The position numbers were made by a program, and so were the translations under genes. Source: Eledone cirrhosa (Eukaryota). Taken from it: 64,000 nt of DNA. Shown piece by piece: positions 1-15,022 of the stretch. Below the pieces are notes generated by a model. That model saw only the letters and a program-made list of their open reading frames with translations, did no database searches and had not been told where the DNA came from. Positions within the stretch are counted from its first letter, which is position 1; every line of letters begins with the position of its first letter. Location: contig OZ024743.1 in assembly GCA_964016885.1 (NCBI GenBank), positions 98,332,001 through 98,396,000 of the forward strand. Direction: 5' to 3'.

Positions 1-472
1 CCCTGCCAGCCGTGGTTGTGGCAATACTAAATTTAGCTAAGGCGGTTATATATTTCACACAACACTAAAAATGAAAGCCGGTAACTATGTATTAGTCACT
101 CTCTTCTTCATACCGTGAGCAAAGAAAATCCAACTTTTTTATGGCGTAGGGCCCGCAGGGTTAAAAACTTCATTTTTTCAGCTTTTTAGGGCTTTTTTTA
201 GGCGTTAAGTCTAGCCGATTTTCCCGAAATTTCAAGGCATATTATGCACATAAAAAAAATTCCTTTTCTTGATCCCCTAGGGCCCGCATTAGGTGAAAAC
301 CTGCATTTTTCCTGCTTCATCAAGCAAAATCTTAAAGATTATCCAGCCATCAGAGTATTCGGTTTATTTTCTTTACATATTGTCGAGGTATGCAGTTTTT
401 CCACGATTAGGTCTGTTGGAGGCCCGCGTTCCAAAATACCTTATCCCGTGCAACGCCGGGTACCACTGTTAG
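1..472 (+). mobile_element. 3' part of a non-autonomous Helitron-like element
   Basis: Subterminal hairpin CCCG-TGCAACGC-CGGG (445-460) followed by a degenerate CTAG (TTAG, 469-472). The segment CCCTAGGGCCCGCATTAGG resembles CCCTAGGGACTGCATTAGG in the Helitron-like piece at ~30890. Confidence 0.5.
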
Positions 473-789
473 GGTTTTATAAATACAAGGAATAGTTCTA
501 GTATATATATATATTACACACACACACACACAGACACACATATATATATATATTTTGTTTTTTCAATCTGGTCTACCTCTGGATAGAACTCAATGTAATC
601 TGGTAAAATCCATAGAGAAGTTCTGTGTTTCGCTGAATTAATGCTTTAGATACAGAGTCAGATATTAGGTATTAAATTCACAATAAAAATAAAAACAACA
701 AAATAAAAACTAAGTTATAAAGTAACTTAACTTTGTGCTTTTTATTTTCATTGTTAATTTGATAACACACACATACACACACACACATA

Positions 790-1010
790 TGCGCAGTGTG
801 ACAAGAAGCTTGCTTCCCAACCACATGTTTCCGTGTTCGGTCCCACAGGCCGACTAAAGCCCTGTGAGTGGATTTGATAGACCGAAACTAAAAGAAGTCC
901 GTCGTGTGTGTCTTTGCGTTTGTGTTTGCGCTCCCACCAATGCTTGTTTGTTTGTTGACGTCCCCATAACTTACCAAGGTGATGCTCCAGCATGGGCGTA
1001 GTCCAGAGAC
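790..1010 (+). mobile_element. tRNA-derived SINE, decayed (related copy at ~54245-54340)
   Basis: GTGTGACAAGAAGCTTGCTTCCCAACCACATG...GTTCGGTCCC head with a B-box-like motif. A similar head is at 54252 (TGTGTGACTAAAAAGTTTGCTTCACAAC). Confidence 0.5.
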
Positions 1011-1026
1011 AGAAAAAAGTAATGTG

Positions 1027-1090
<64 letters not shown>

Positions 1091-1218
1091 CGTGTGTAGA
1101 AGAAGGGTTTCAAACTCAAGAATATAAAAGGGCCATTACGTCCTGGAGGAGAGGCACAGTGGGCCAAACGTGGTGGTGGGTGATTGTTTTCACCAGTTAT
1201 AATCATTTCTACTATAGG

Positions 1219-1410
1219 CGCAAGGCATGAAATTTAGGGTTTAGGGTCCCATCGATTACATCGATCCCAGTTCACAACTGTTACTTAATTTATCAACCCC
1301 AAAAGGATGAAAGGCAAAGTTGAGATCAGCGGAATTTGAACTCGGAATGTAAAAACGGAAGTACTGCTAAGCATTTCGCCAGATGTGCTAACGATTTCAC
1401 CAGCTCACCG
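1219..1410 (-). mobile_element. Older subfamily of the Deu/Nin-domain-like tRNA SINE
   Basis: Contains AGGATGAAAGGCAAAGT...GGAATTTGAACTC, shared with the abundant SINE family but diverged. Confidence 0.65.
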
Positions 1411-1590
1411 TCTTATTTCCACCAGTTATAATGGAATCTTAAATATTGGTTCTACCACGGGCCATAGAAAAGTAGTTCGCGGGCCGCATGTTTGAACCCC
1501 TGTTGGAGACATAGATAGATAGAGATAGACGTGTACCAAAGACACATACACACACACATTTCTTACTCTCTCTGTCTCTCCCTCTTTCTT

Positions 1591-1676
<86 letters not shown>

Positions 1677-1680
<4 letters not shown>

Positions 1681-1812
1681 AACGAGTAGGACCCCGACGG
1701 CTGAGCTCAAGCCGTTTCGACGGCTAATTCCTATTACCCACTCTACTGCCCTAAGTATTGAGTACTTTGGTGCGTTATGGTCCACCTGGTTCCTTACCAC
1801 ATTTCCTTCGTT
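1677..1812 (+). mobile_element. Short Penelope-like terminal fragment in (TA)n (same family as 3159-3356)
   Basis: GACCCCGACGGCTGAGCTCAAGCCGTTTCGAC and the tail CCCACTCTACTGCCCTAAGTATTGAGTACT are shared with 3159-3356. It is flanked by (TA)n on both sides. Confidence 0.55.
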
Positions 1813-1969
1813 ATATATATATATATATATATATATATAGCGTTGTTATTTGACGTTGTTGAAAAGAGCAGTAGCCTTTGACCCGGCAATAAAAACTGGA
1901 GACAAAATTCTTTCTATACCAAAAGCAAGGCACACGCAGACACACACAGTTTGTGTGTGTGGGGGGGGG

Positions 1970-2005
<36 letters not shown>

Positions 2006-3158
2006 ATATGTGTGTGTAGCTATCTAAGTATATATATATATAAGGGATACAGATATTGTTTACTCACTGTCACTAAGCATCTCAATTCATTCGTTGCAAC
2101 TAAGTTTGTGATCGAGGCACTTTATTTTGCAAGGTACTATATTCTACCTGAGTTTGTGATTCCAGAGAAAGTTAAGAAATTCTTCATATTTTGCATCTTT
2201 TGTATTTTGACTTTACAGTTTGAATTGTAGAATTATCTATCCACTCAAAATATTACAACAGCTAACAGTGAAATATAGAATTTAAAAAGAAAAAGCTTTT
2301 TCGACTGAGATCAAATCTTTCAGAACATTCACGTCTATTTTTCAAAAATATATAAATTGAAATAGCTTGCTTTTGTTTTGGACTGAAACTTTTTTGTATT
2401 TAATTCGTACGAGTATTTTTAAAAGATCTTTTTAAAGATTCTAGCATAACTTGATTCGGCCCAGTAATCTACTGATATTAAAATCAGTAGTATATTGAAA
2501 AATGGAAAAATATGGTAGGAGGGGGCGTTTTGTGATTTTGAGGAGCAAAAGGGGGCGTTTGGCGGAAATGGGTTGAGAACCTTTGGTCTAAATCTTCTTT
2601 GTGGCCAAAAGACAAGGTCAATCTTGATGATTTCTTCTAAGAAAAAATACCAATATAGATATTTTTAGAAGCAATCCCCCCCCCCCCCCCGGTCAACTCT
2701 AAGGTCACCCAGCCTTTCACACCAATCCCAGCCAACCCTTGTTTCCACTATTCAAAGGGTCCCGCATAGCAGTCTGCAGCCACAACAACCTTCCCCAACT
2801 TCCTCCCCCTCCTTCTTCTCCTCTCCTCTCCTGCTTCTACCCTCTTCAGTCACAACAAAGCCATTAGCAGAGAAAGATGGACTGACAAAATGACTTTCTT
2901 CTCTGAAGGACAACGTATGTGAAAATTAACTTTTCTTACCCTCTCTATATATATATTTGTTATTATCATTATCCTCACTATTTGTACAAATATGCAACTT
3001 AACAATATCCTGCATATCCACAATTGACAATGCATTTAATGCTGAAACCGGTATTGTAAATAAATTAATGCTTTCAAATTTCACTAAAAATATCTCTTCA
3101 GCATTTTCTACAGAAAAATTTGTTTTCTTTTCTAAAATTTGTTTATATATATATATAT

Positions 3159-3356
3159 ATAGGAAAAAGTATGACCCCGACGGCAGAGCTCAAGCCGTTT
3201 CGACCGCTATTTCTGGAAACGGCTTGGGCTCTGCCAAAACGGCTTGAGCTCTGCCGTCGGGGTCATACTTTTTCCTATTTCCCACTCTACTGCCCTAAGT
3301 ATTGAGTACTCTGGTGCGTTATGGTCCATCTGGTTCCTTACCACAATTCCTTTGTT
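3159..3356 (+). repeat. Fold-back element: 42-bp inverted arms plus a 3' tail, in (TA)n
   Basis: Arms 3159-3200 and 3237-3278 are reverse complements. The spacer holds a partial extra arm copy. The tail has TTGAGTAC at 3302. Confidence 0.8.
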
Positions 3357-4298
3357 ATATATATATATATATGTATTCTTTTCTTTGTTTTTGTGCCTCT
3401 CCTTTGTTCTGTCCTAAGCCATTTTGTTTCTGTGTGTATATATGTATATATAAATGGTGTATATATATGTATATATATATATATACATATATTCAGCGCC
3501 ACATATATATATATATATATATCAGTGGCGAAGGGTAACCTGGAAAGCAGGGCATGCAGTCCAATCGCCATGGCGGAAAGTGGGTTCTGTGCAGCCTTAC
3601 CCCCCCCCCCCCCCCATTACCTCTAAATGACCCTCCCGGTCAAAGCCGCATGTAGTGTTATCTAGTGTGTGTGTGTGTGTGTTATCTTTTTATGTGTCTA
3701 CGATTCAGTGAGCAGCCAAAATTCTGCTTGCTTCAACCGACGCAATTGATCAACTCAAGATTCTATAACACATGCACTGAAACAATGAAACAATGAAACA
3801 ATCGTCTGCTACAATGAAACAATCTTTTCACGTTTCCTCTTTTGCCACAAGTGTGATACTAATGTCTTTATGTAATTGTTCTCTGAGTCTGTCCTCGTAT
3901 TTAACCTTGACCTGTGTGTGTGTGTTGGATGTATGGATGTAAAGAAAAGGGATGAAGTGAGTTAAGTTGGCATGCCGAGAGGAATGAAATAATTCAATTA
4001 AGATTACAAGAGAAAATACGGTCAACTGGCTGGAGGCGTTTAGCCAGCTCCGTAGGAATGTTTTGTCGTTACATATTGTTTGCGCTGGCGGAGCAAAAGA
4101 ACAAGCGGTGTTTACTTAGCATGGTCAAGCCTGGAAGTGTTGGCGTCCTCAAATCTTTGCAGGCTATTTCTCCCTCAGAACGCGTAGGGATACATCCTCC
4201 TCTACTGGCGCTGATTGGCTGAGCTGAGCCAAATCACGCACAGAGAATGTATGTGAGCCCGCGGAATGTAGGTCACTACAGATGTATAATGTAAGTGA

Positions 4299-4399
<101 letters not shown>

Positions 4400-4528
4400 G
4401 GATGTATGGATGTATAATATAAGTGTGTGCGTGTGTGTGTGTGAATTTACATTCTGTACTCTGTTTGTCTCGCTTCGCAGGCTAAAAATATTCTCACAGA
4501 ATTTAATAACAAATAAATATAAATATAA

Positions 4529-5102
4529 AGTTTCTGAATTTGTTTAGCAAGATTCTTTATCTGAAATCGTGTGTTGAAACCGATATTGTTATACTTTGGG
4601 AGAGTCATGTTGCCAATAAGAAACACACGCACCAGTTGCTTTCACTTCAATTTAATTTATTATATATTTATAAATTTACAAATTTATAAATTTCTGGTTG
4701 GTTGGTTGGTTCCACAACCAGATAGTTGTTTATATATATATAGTCATAGTTCTTTCGTCACACACTCTGTGACCTCTTCAGTGACTGGGGATTTCTTTCT
4801 TCGTTTCTGTGCCTTTCCTTTCTTCTATCCTACGCCATTTTCTGAAATGGCGTAGGATAGAAGAAAGGAAAGGCACAGAAACGAAGAAAGAAATCCCCAG
4901 TCACTGAAGAGGTCACAGAGTGTGTGACGAAAGAACTATGACTATATATATATAAACAACTATCTGGTTGTGGAACCAACCAACCAACCAGAAATTTATA
5001 AATTTGTAAATTTATAAATATATAATAAATTAAATTGAAGTGAAAGCAACTGGTGCGTGTGTTTCTTATTGGCAACATGACCCTCCCAAAGTATAACAAT
5101 AT
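4529..5102 (-). mobile_element. Fold-back hammerhead element, family A (258-bp arms, 4-nt loop, unpaired tail 4529-4582)
   Basis: Arms 4583-4840 and 4845-5102 are near-perfect reverse complements (one A/G mismatch seen), with loop TCTG. A second copy is at 39022-39406 and a fragment at ~3374-3432. Confidence 0.85.
4899..4943 (+). ncRNA. Minimal type-I hammerhead ribozyme motif (mirror copy on - at 4742-4786)
   Basis: AGUCA-CUGAAGA-G-GUCACA-GAGUG-UGUGAC-GAAA-G-AA-C-UA/UGACU. It has a 5-bp stem I, the conserved core, a 6-bp stem II, a minimal stem III, and predicted cleavage after 4938. Confidence 0.8.
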
Positions 5103-5602
5103 AAATATAAATATATAAGAAAAGTGATCGCTAGACCAGCCGTTAAAACCTGTAAATGTTGTCAAAGACAGCGAAGGGCAAAGGAGCGTCAGAGGACAAA
5201 GACCAGCGGCCAGTGGTCAACAGAGAGACACTCCACAAGGTAGGTGACAGGTAGATGAAATATAGAAAAGATTGAAAGTGATATATATATATATATATAC
5301 AAGGGCCTTGTTTCAGGGGGGTACCAGGGAAGAAGTCCCCCCCCCCACCCACACACCCACACACTTTTTGAAACGTCTATATTTTATTTTTTGTATATTT
5401 GATATAATAAATTCTTTTTAAGCTTATTTTTTTATATCTGAACTTCATTTGAATATTTAAAACTTAATTAGTGTAAAATTTTCCTTATGTGATAGGGTCC
5501 AGGAAAGACACCTTAAGCAATTTATGCTCCTTTAAGAATCAACAAATGTTGGTTTGTCCCCCCCCCCCCCCTCACATTTTTAAGACGAACGAGACCCCTG
5601 TG

Positions 5603-5653
<51 letters not shown>

Positions 5654-5655
5654 AA

Positions 5656-8327
<2,672 letters not shown>

Positions 8328-8472
8328 AAATCTAGCCATGTAAACATGTTCTAATCTAGAAATGCGATCAGACATCGATAGCGAAGCAACGTTTAAGGGG
8401 AGATAACTTCTTATTATGTTATGTTGTTACTTCGCTTTGAATGAACTATCGTTATGTTAAGAGAGGTTGGTA

Positions 8473-8656
8473 GATTGGCAGTACCGGTAGAGGGTCGGAC
8501 GCCATGCTTTGACGCACAGAGTTACGGCCCTTGCAATTCTGTATTCAAATCCCGCCGAGGTTAACTTTGCCTTTCATCCTTACGGGGTCGATAAAATAAA
8601 GTACCAGTAATGTACTGAGTAATTGCTGGCCTTGTGCCAAAAATAGAAACAGCTAT
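8473..8656 (+). mobile_element. tRNA-derived SINE with a Deu/Nin-like central domain (abundant family)
   Basis: A-box-like TGGCAGTACCGG, B-box-like TTCAAATCC, and core GCCTTTCATCCTTACGGGGTCGATAAAATAAAGTACCAG. More than 12 copies occur in the window. Confidence 0.85.
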
Positions 8657-8666
8657 GTTAACAGAG

Positions 8667-8885
8667 GGTGGTGGTGGTGGTGGTGGTGGTGGCGGTGGTA
8701 GGGGGGGGGGGGGGGGGGGGGGGCTGTTGGTAGGGGTAAGGGGGGAGTGCTGGTGGTGGTGGCGGTGGTCGTCGTCGTCGTCGTAGTCGTGGTGGTGGTG
8801 GTCGTCGTCGTCGTAGTAGTGGTGGTCGCGGTGGTGGTCGTCGTAGTCGTGGTTTGTGGTGGTGGTGGTGGTCGTCGTCGTCGTC

Positions 8886-8923
<38 letters not shown>

Positions 8924-8983
8924 CGCGGTGGTGGTGGTCATAGTCGTGGTGGTGGTAGTGGTGGTCGCGATGGTGGTCGTGGA
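8667..8983. repeat. Compound (GGT/GTC/AGT)n and poly-G low-complexity tract
   Basis: Visible directly in the sequence. Confidence 0.9.
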
Positions 8984-9865
8984 TAACCCAACTCAATAAG
9001 CAGACGGATCTCTGATTAAAGGCATTCCAGCTGTGACCACTCCACCGTTTGAGGGGCCGTAACTCTTTGCACATATATAAAGTACCTTTTTTGTCATAAG
9101 TAATGTTTTTTAATGTATAAAGAAAAATTTCGCCGGAAATAGATTAGCAAAACTTAATAAGCGGGTGGGGTGAAATAAGAGCGCGGGAGGGGGGATAAGA
9201 GCGGGAGGGGGTGGGAAAAATCTGAAAAATTAATAAGCATGTGTGTGCGTGTGGGGGGGGGGGGGGGGCATTATTCGAGAGCCGAGAGTATGGCGTATTA
9301 TTATGGTTGATGATAGATAAATTACTGGTTGAAGGAAGGTGTAAGGACAACAGAAGTGAGAATAAATCCTGATACAAATGAAAACATTGCCATCTTCAAA
9401 ACAGAACAGACAGGATATTTCATGCCTAGTATATTAGTAGTACTATATTTTCATCTAGCTGGCTTGTTAGTAAGGCGTTCCATTTGCAACCATCCGTCTC
9501 TTTACCACATTATCCAATATATTCTTCTATTTTCTAAGACGCTGGATGTGATTTGAATGGGATTTTGCTTCTGTTTTTGGTAGGTCGAGCTATCACCGAG
9601 AGGCTCTCTGATTATTTCGAGAAATTATTTTTTTTAATTGGAAGAGAAAATGTAAGAAAAGAAAGCAACGACACGGCTAAACACTACTACATCACACTAA
9701 ACACATTAGACCGTGTTATAGTGTAACACTAAGGTAGTGTTTTGTCTTGTATATGTGTGTGCATATATATATGTATGCTTTATTGAAGTATTTAAAACTA
9801 TTCAACAGAATTCGTAATATAATCGGCTTGTCTCCCCGGGTAGGTAGGTAGGTAGGTAGATAGAT

Positions 9866-10675
9866 ATGTTTCTTTTATTTGCCACTAGGGCATCAAAAGT
9901 GGGACAAGTACAATGGGGGGAGTTTACACAAAAAGGCGTCCTCAATAAGGAGGAGGCAATAGCAAAATATAAAAATAAAATAAGATATAACAAAAAATAA
10001 AATTTATAACAAAATCCTCAATAGAGAGGAGGCGCCTTGGGGGGTCGCACACACCCCCGAAAAAAGTGTGCAACCCTTTTCCTCAGGAGCACAGAGAGGG
10101 GGTGCTCCCTCGTTCCTTCCTCTTTTCTACCTACAGGCTTATGTAAAGAGAAGGCCCATTCACACGGGCCATTCTCGCCACTTTCACCCACCTTTCATAA
10201 AAACGACTGGGGTGCAGCACCTCTCTCTCCATCCTGATCCTTCTTCCGAAATGATATCGGAAGAAACGGACCAGTTGTTGGCCAGAGAGAAAGGTGCCTG
10301 ACCTCAGTCCTTTCAGACGCGTCCACCATACAACCTCTTTCGCCATGGCTATTACGCACAGAAACACCGCCTCTGCTTCATCTTTGAAGGGGGGAGGCGG
10401 CTTGATCATTACAATAGACTCGGTGGTCAACCGGATCGGTCCCACCCTTGACAGCAGTTGTTCGACATAGCCCCACAGATCGGCTACGCCCGAGCAGTGT
10501 ACCAATGCGTGTGCAACGGTTTCCTCGTCGCACACGCATCTGGAACAGATCTTTTTGGCGGGGTCCCTACCCGGGCGCCCGTGTCTGTAGAGCCTTTCTC
10601 GAACGGGTAAAGCCCCTCGGTAGCACTGCCAGGCCAGGGACTTCTGGAAGTTGTCCATAGGTCCCGGGCTGAATG
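9866..10675 (-). mobile_element. 5'-truncated Tx1/L1-clade LINE, copy A
   Basis: C-terminal ORF2 with the zinc knuckle CSRCVCDEETVAHALVHC, plus a 3' UTR. It is flanked by (TAGG/TAGA)n. Confidence 0.85.
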
Positions 10676-10700
10676 TAGATAGATAGATAGGTAGATAGAT

Positions 10701-11370
10701 ATATTTCTTTATTAGCCACAGGGGCACAAAAGAAGGGGACAAATACAAAGGGGGAAGTTTACATACAATAAAAACGTGTAAAATGTTATCACAGATGGAA
10801 TTTAAAAAGTTAGTCGATTTTCCCCAATAGAGGGAGACAGTTCATATGGGTAACACATACCCCCGAAAAAAAATGTGCAACCCTCATCTCCAGGAGTACG
10901 AAGAGTTTGTACTCCCTTCCTCTCCTCCTCCTTTTCCTCAACCTACAGGCTGATATAGAGAGAAGGCCCATTCACTCGGGCCATTCTCGCCACTTTCACC
11001 CACCTTTCATAAAACTTGCTGGGGTACAGCACCTCTCTCTCCATCCTGATTCTTCTTCCAAAGTGGTATTTGAAAAAAATAATCAGTTGTTGGCCGGAGA
11101 GAAAGGTGTCTGACCTCAGCCCTTTCAACCTTGTCCACCATACAACCTCTTTCGCCATAGCTATCACACAAAGGAAAACCGCCTCTCCTTCGTTTTTGAA
11201 GGAGGGTGGCGGTTTGATCATGACAATGGACTCGGTGGTCAACTGGACTGGTCCCACCCGCGACAATAGTCGTTCTACATAGCCCCACAGGTCAGTGACG
11301 CCCGGGCAGTGTATGAATGCGTGCGTGACGGTTTCTTCGTCTCGCACGCACCTCGGACAGATCTTTTTGC
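10701..11370 (-). mobile_element. 5'-truncated Tx1/L1-clade LINE, copy B
   Basis: CPRCVRDEETVTHAFIHC...MARVNGPSLYISL, homologous to copy A. It is flanked by (GATA)n. Confidence 0.85.
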
Positions 11371-11381
11371 AGATAGATAGG

Positions 11382-11424
<43 letters not shown>

Positions 11425-11425
11425 G

Positions 11426-11480
<55 letters not shown>

Positions 11481-11573
11481 TTAGATAGATTATAACCATG
11501 AACACAGCCAAAGAGATGCGTGAAAGGGCGCAACAAGAAAGGGGACAATACAAAGACATGCCGGGGATTTTAC

Positions 11574-11605
<32 letters not shown>

Positions 11606-11606
<1 letters not shown>

Positions 11607-14410
11607 TATTTCTTTATTTGCCACAAGCGCGCACAAGAAAAGGGGACAATACAAGGACATATGCCGGGGATTTTACATACAATTGTGTAAAAAATTTAAA
11701 CGAACAAATTCAACAATCAAAATCCCCAATAGGAAGGAGGCGCCACAAATGGGTTGTTTAATACCCCGTAGATAGAAAAACCCTCAACTCCAGGACGGTG
11801 TTGTGCAAGTGATCCTTTCCTCCTTTTGCCCTCATCTTCAACCTACAGGTTTATATACAGAAAAGGCCTAATCACTCGGGCCATTTTTGCTACATTCACC
11901 CACTTTTCAGTAAATTTACTGGGGTGCAGTGCCTCTCTCTCCACTCTGATTCTCCTTCTAAAGTGGTACCTAAAGAAGGGAATGAGTTGTTGTCCGGAGA
12001 GAAAGGCATCTGTCCTCAGTCCTCTCAATCTCGTCCACCATATAATCTCTTTTACCATAGCCACTATACAGAGGAAACCGCCTCTCGTTTTTGAAAGAAG
12101 GTGGCGGTTTGATCCTTACTATGGACTCGGCAGTCAACTGGATTTGTCCCATACGTGACAGCAGTTGTTCTACCTAGCTCCACGGGTCGGTTACGCCCGG
12201 TCAGTGTACAATTGCGTGCAAGAGGGTTTCAATGTCCTGCTCTTGGACACGTCCTCTTGGAAGGATCTCTGCCGGGGCGTCCGTGCCTGTAGATCTTGTC
12301 TCGAACGGGTAGAGCTCCTCGGTAGCACTGCCAAGCCAGGGACCTCTGGGCGGAAAGTCCTACCGAAAATACTGGTGAGCTCGTCGTCTTCGACGCCCAG
12401 AGCCTCTCCGAGCACATCGTCGCACTTGTAACGTACTAACCCTCTATAGAATGTCGAAGTGGAATCTCCGCTGATTGATGTTCCCGCTTGCCTGAAAGAG
12501 GACTGTGAGCCCTGAGCGCATTCAATGTACCAGGCGCCCATTTTCTTCGGTCTACGCTTGACCCAGGGCTGCAGCTCTGTCAGCGAGATAAGTTGCGGGA
12601 AGGTCTGTCTCACAAAAGGGGCCCACACAGGTTGGTCGAAGAGGAAAATACCTGAAGATACCGTAGCCTCAGCGCGTGTTTGCGCATCATCAGCCACGGC
12701 ATCCCCAGCCCTCCGTTGGAAGGGTGCTGACAGCAGACAGATCTCCTCACCAGTGGAGCCTGCTTCTTCCAAAGGAACTGGAAGAGCATGCGTTCCATCT
12801 TGGTGAGGTATTCACGGGGACAAGGCACGGCGGTCAAGCGGTAGTAGATGACGGACGCTATGAAAGTGTTCGCCACCTCCGCTCGACCTTTCAATGATAG
12901 TTTGCACTCTGCCCACTTCTGGGTGAGCGCAAATACCTTGGCCGTGACCGCGTTCCAGTTTTTCTCCACCTGGAGGTCCGGACAGAACCAGACCCCGAGC
13001 AATTTCACCGCTCCTTCCGTCCAACGTCCGACGACGCTGTTGGACGGCATCGGTTTGCCTCTCCACGTTCCGAGTTGCAAACCGACAGACTTGTCCGAGT
13101 TCAGTTTTACTCCTGTGAGCCTTTCGTATTCCTGCAGTAAGTTGCCGATTGCCCCGATTTCCGAGGTTTCCGACACCATTACTGTCACGGCGTCGGCATA
13201 AGCCGAAGCCGCTTTCCGCAGTCCCGGTTCCAACGGGATGCCCTGCAGAAGCTCCAACTTCCGCAGTAGTGGCTCTAGAGTCAGTACGTACAGAATGGAG
13301 GAGAGAGAGAATCCCTGTCTGATGGAACGCGTGATTGCGAACGGCTCCGATAGGTAGCCGTTCACCTTGACCGTCGAGCAGATGTTGGTGTGCATTGCTT
13401 TGCACAGCCTCTGAAGACGGGTCTGAAGCCGGCCGCCTTGAGAACCGTTTCCAAGTATTGATGGTCGACCCTATCGAGCGCCTTAGACTGATCTAAATTG
13501 AACAGAGCCCCACCGAAGCCGGGTTTACACCCCACCCTCTCTATGATATCGCATGAGGTGGAGGTTGTCGTGTATGGAACTGGTCGGGATTGCACACGTT
13601 TGCGCTTTCCCTACCAGGTTCCCGACGACAAGAGCCAGCCTCGTTGCTAACACCTTGGCCAAAATCTTTAACTCTGTGTTGTGCAGAGTTATGGGCCTAA
13701 AGTTGCTTAGTTCGTCCCCCTTGTTCTCGTCTTTCCTGATCAGCGTTACTACGCCCCTGCCTGCAGAACTGGGAATTCTCCCGTTCTGCTGCCAGTTGCA
13801 GTAGACGGCTTCGGAGACGCCAGAGAACAAGTCCGGCATGCCTATGTAAAACTCATAGGGTAGACCATCTAGACTGGGTGATTTGCGTTTCCCACAGCGG
13901 CCCAGAGCATCCTGTATCTCAGTAGCTGTGATCAGTCTTTCGCAGAACTCGGCGTCCATGCTCGATAGATGCGGCAGCCCGTATGAACCGAAGGTATGAA
14001 CCGAAGTCCATTGCTCCGTTCGGCGCACCGTCGCTCTGCTCGAACAGTTGCGCAAAGTGCCGCTGAAAAGCCGTGCACATCCGCTTGGGGTCAAGTAGCA
14101 CGCGTCCGTTTTGGTCTTTCAAAGACCGAATCGTGGACTTGTTGCCACTTTTCACCTCTGCCGCTCGGGCCTAGCTTACAGATTTTGCTCCCTCGTTTCC
14201 TAGAGCACGTGATTTACTTCTGACCACGCAGCCTTCGTGTTTCGCATCGAAGAACTGGTCCAGTGCCGTTCTCGTTGCTAGCACTCTCGCTGCGTTGTCA
14301 CTCCTAAGCGCCTCCTCTACCTTGGCTATTAGTTCTGTTTCTGTTTTGTTTTTCTCTAAGGCTAGTTCTTTGCTAAAAGCTATCGACTCTACTCTAATTC
14401 CTCTCTTGAT
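11606..14410 (-). mobile_element. Tx1/L1-clade LINE with decayed RT domain, 5'-truncated, copy D
   Basis: Motifs KSPSLDGLPYEFY, NFRPITLHNTELKILAKVLATRL, LDQSKALDRVDH, SIRQGFSLSSILY, AYADAV, KLLGVW, LSLKGRA and GGLG, with frameshifts. The 3' end matches copies A and B. Confidence 0.9.
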
Positions 14411-14909
14411 AGATACTCATGTTTTATTTATTTAAACCTATCAAGGGAAGTAACTTTTTAATTTGATTATACTATTACTTCGCTTAGATTAGAGATTATA
14501 TGGGAATAAGTTTAACGTTTTAGAAGTTGATGGGAAAGTGATCACACTCTCAACTCTCCAAGAAATTTACTTATAAATTAAGAAATAAAAAGTAGAATTA
14601 TTTATTAAAGAATTCAGTGGTAAAAAGGAGTTATCGACTCGCTAAGACACCTTACCTATGTGGGTATGGTGTGGCGTGCGGTGGCCGGAAGCGAGGGAGT
14701 GCTCGACCGGAAGGGTGCTTGGCCGGAAGGATGCTCGACCGGAAGGGCCAGCAGATGGCCTCTCCAGTGGTGACCAGCAACGGTGTGGACGCGAGTTTTA
14801 GCAGCTCCCGGCGTTAAGCAGTTGGACACACGTGGAAGAGGAGAGACCAGCAATGGAATTTAGCGGCGCCTATGAAAAGCGGTAAGTGAGATAGCTTTTT
14901 CTAACCACA

Positions 14910-14921
14910 AGCTATTTCGGC
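14910..14921 (+). promoter_or_regulatory. Putative non-canonical primer-binding site complementary to tRNA-Phe nt 1-12
   Basis: AGCTATTTCGGC directly follows the 5' LTR. Its reverse complement GCCGAAATAGCT is the conserved 5' end of animal cytosolic tRNA-Phe(GAA). No TGG-type PBS lies next to the LTR. Confidence 0.6.
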
Positions 14922-15022
14922 ACTGGAAACTAAGATCTGATTGAAAAAAAAAAAAAGCTACTGGAAAAACAGAGAGGAGTCTGTTGTTTTTTTTTATCAC
15001 GTACCGCAAGAAAAATTAGAAG

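Noticed and set aside
4020-4290. CpG-richer stretch with a CCAAT-like box (CTGATTGG)
   Set aside because: No adjacent gene or TSS evidence was found.
4583-5102. Palindromes as assembly or amplification chimeras
   Set aside because: The arms carry mismatches, one family recurs with the same fold point, and one palindrome is interrupted by later insertions. An artefact is therefore unlikely for most, although it is not excluded for the perfect ones.
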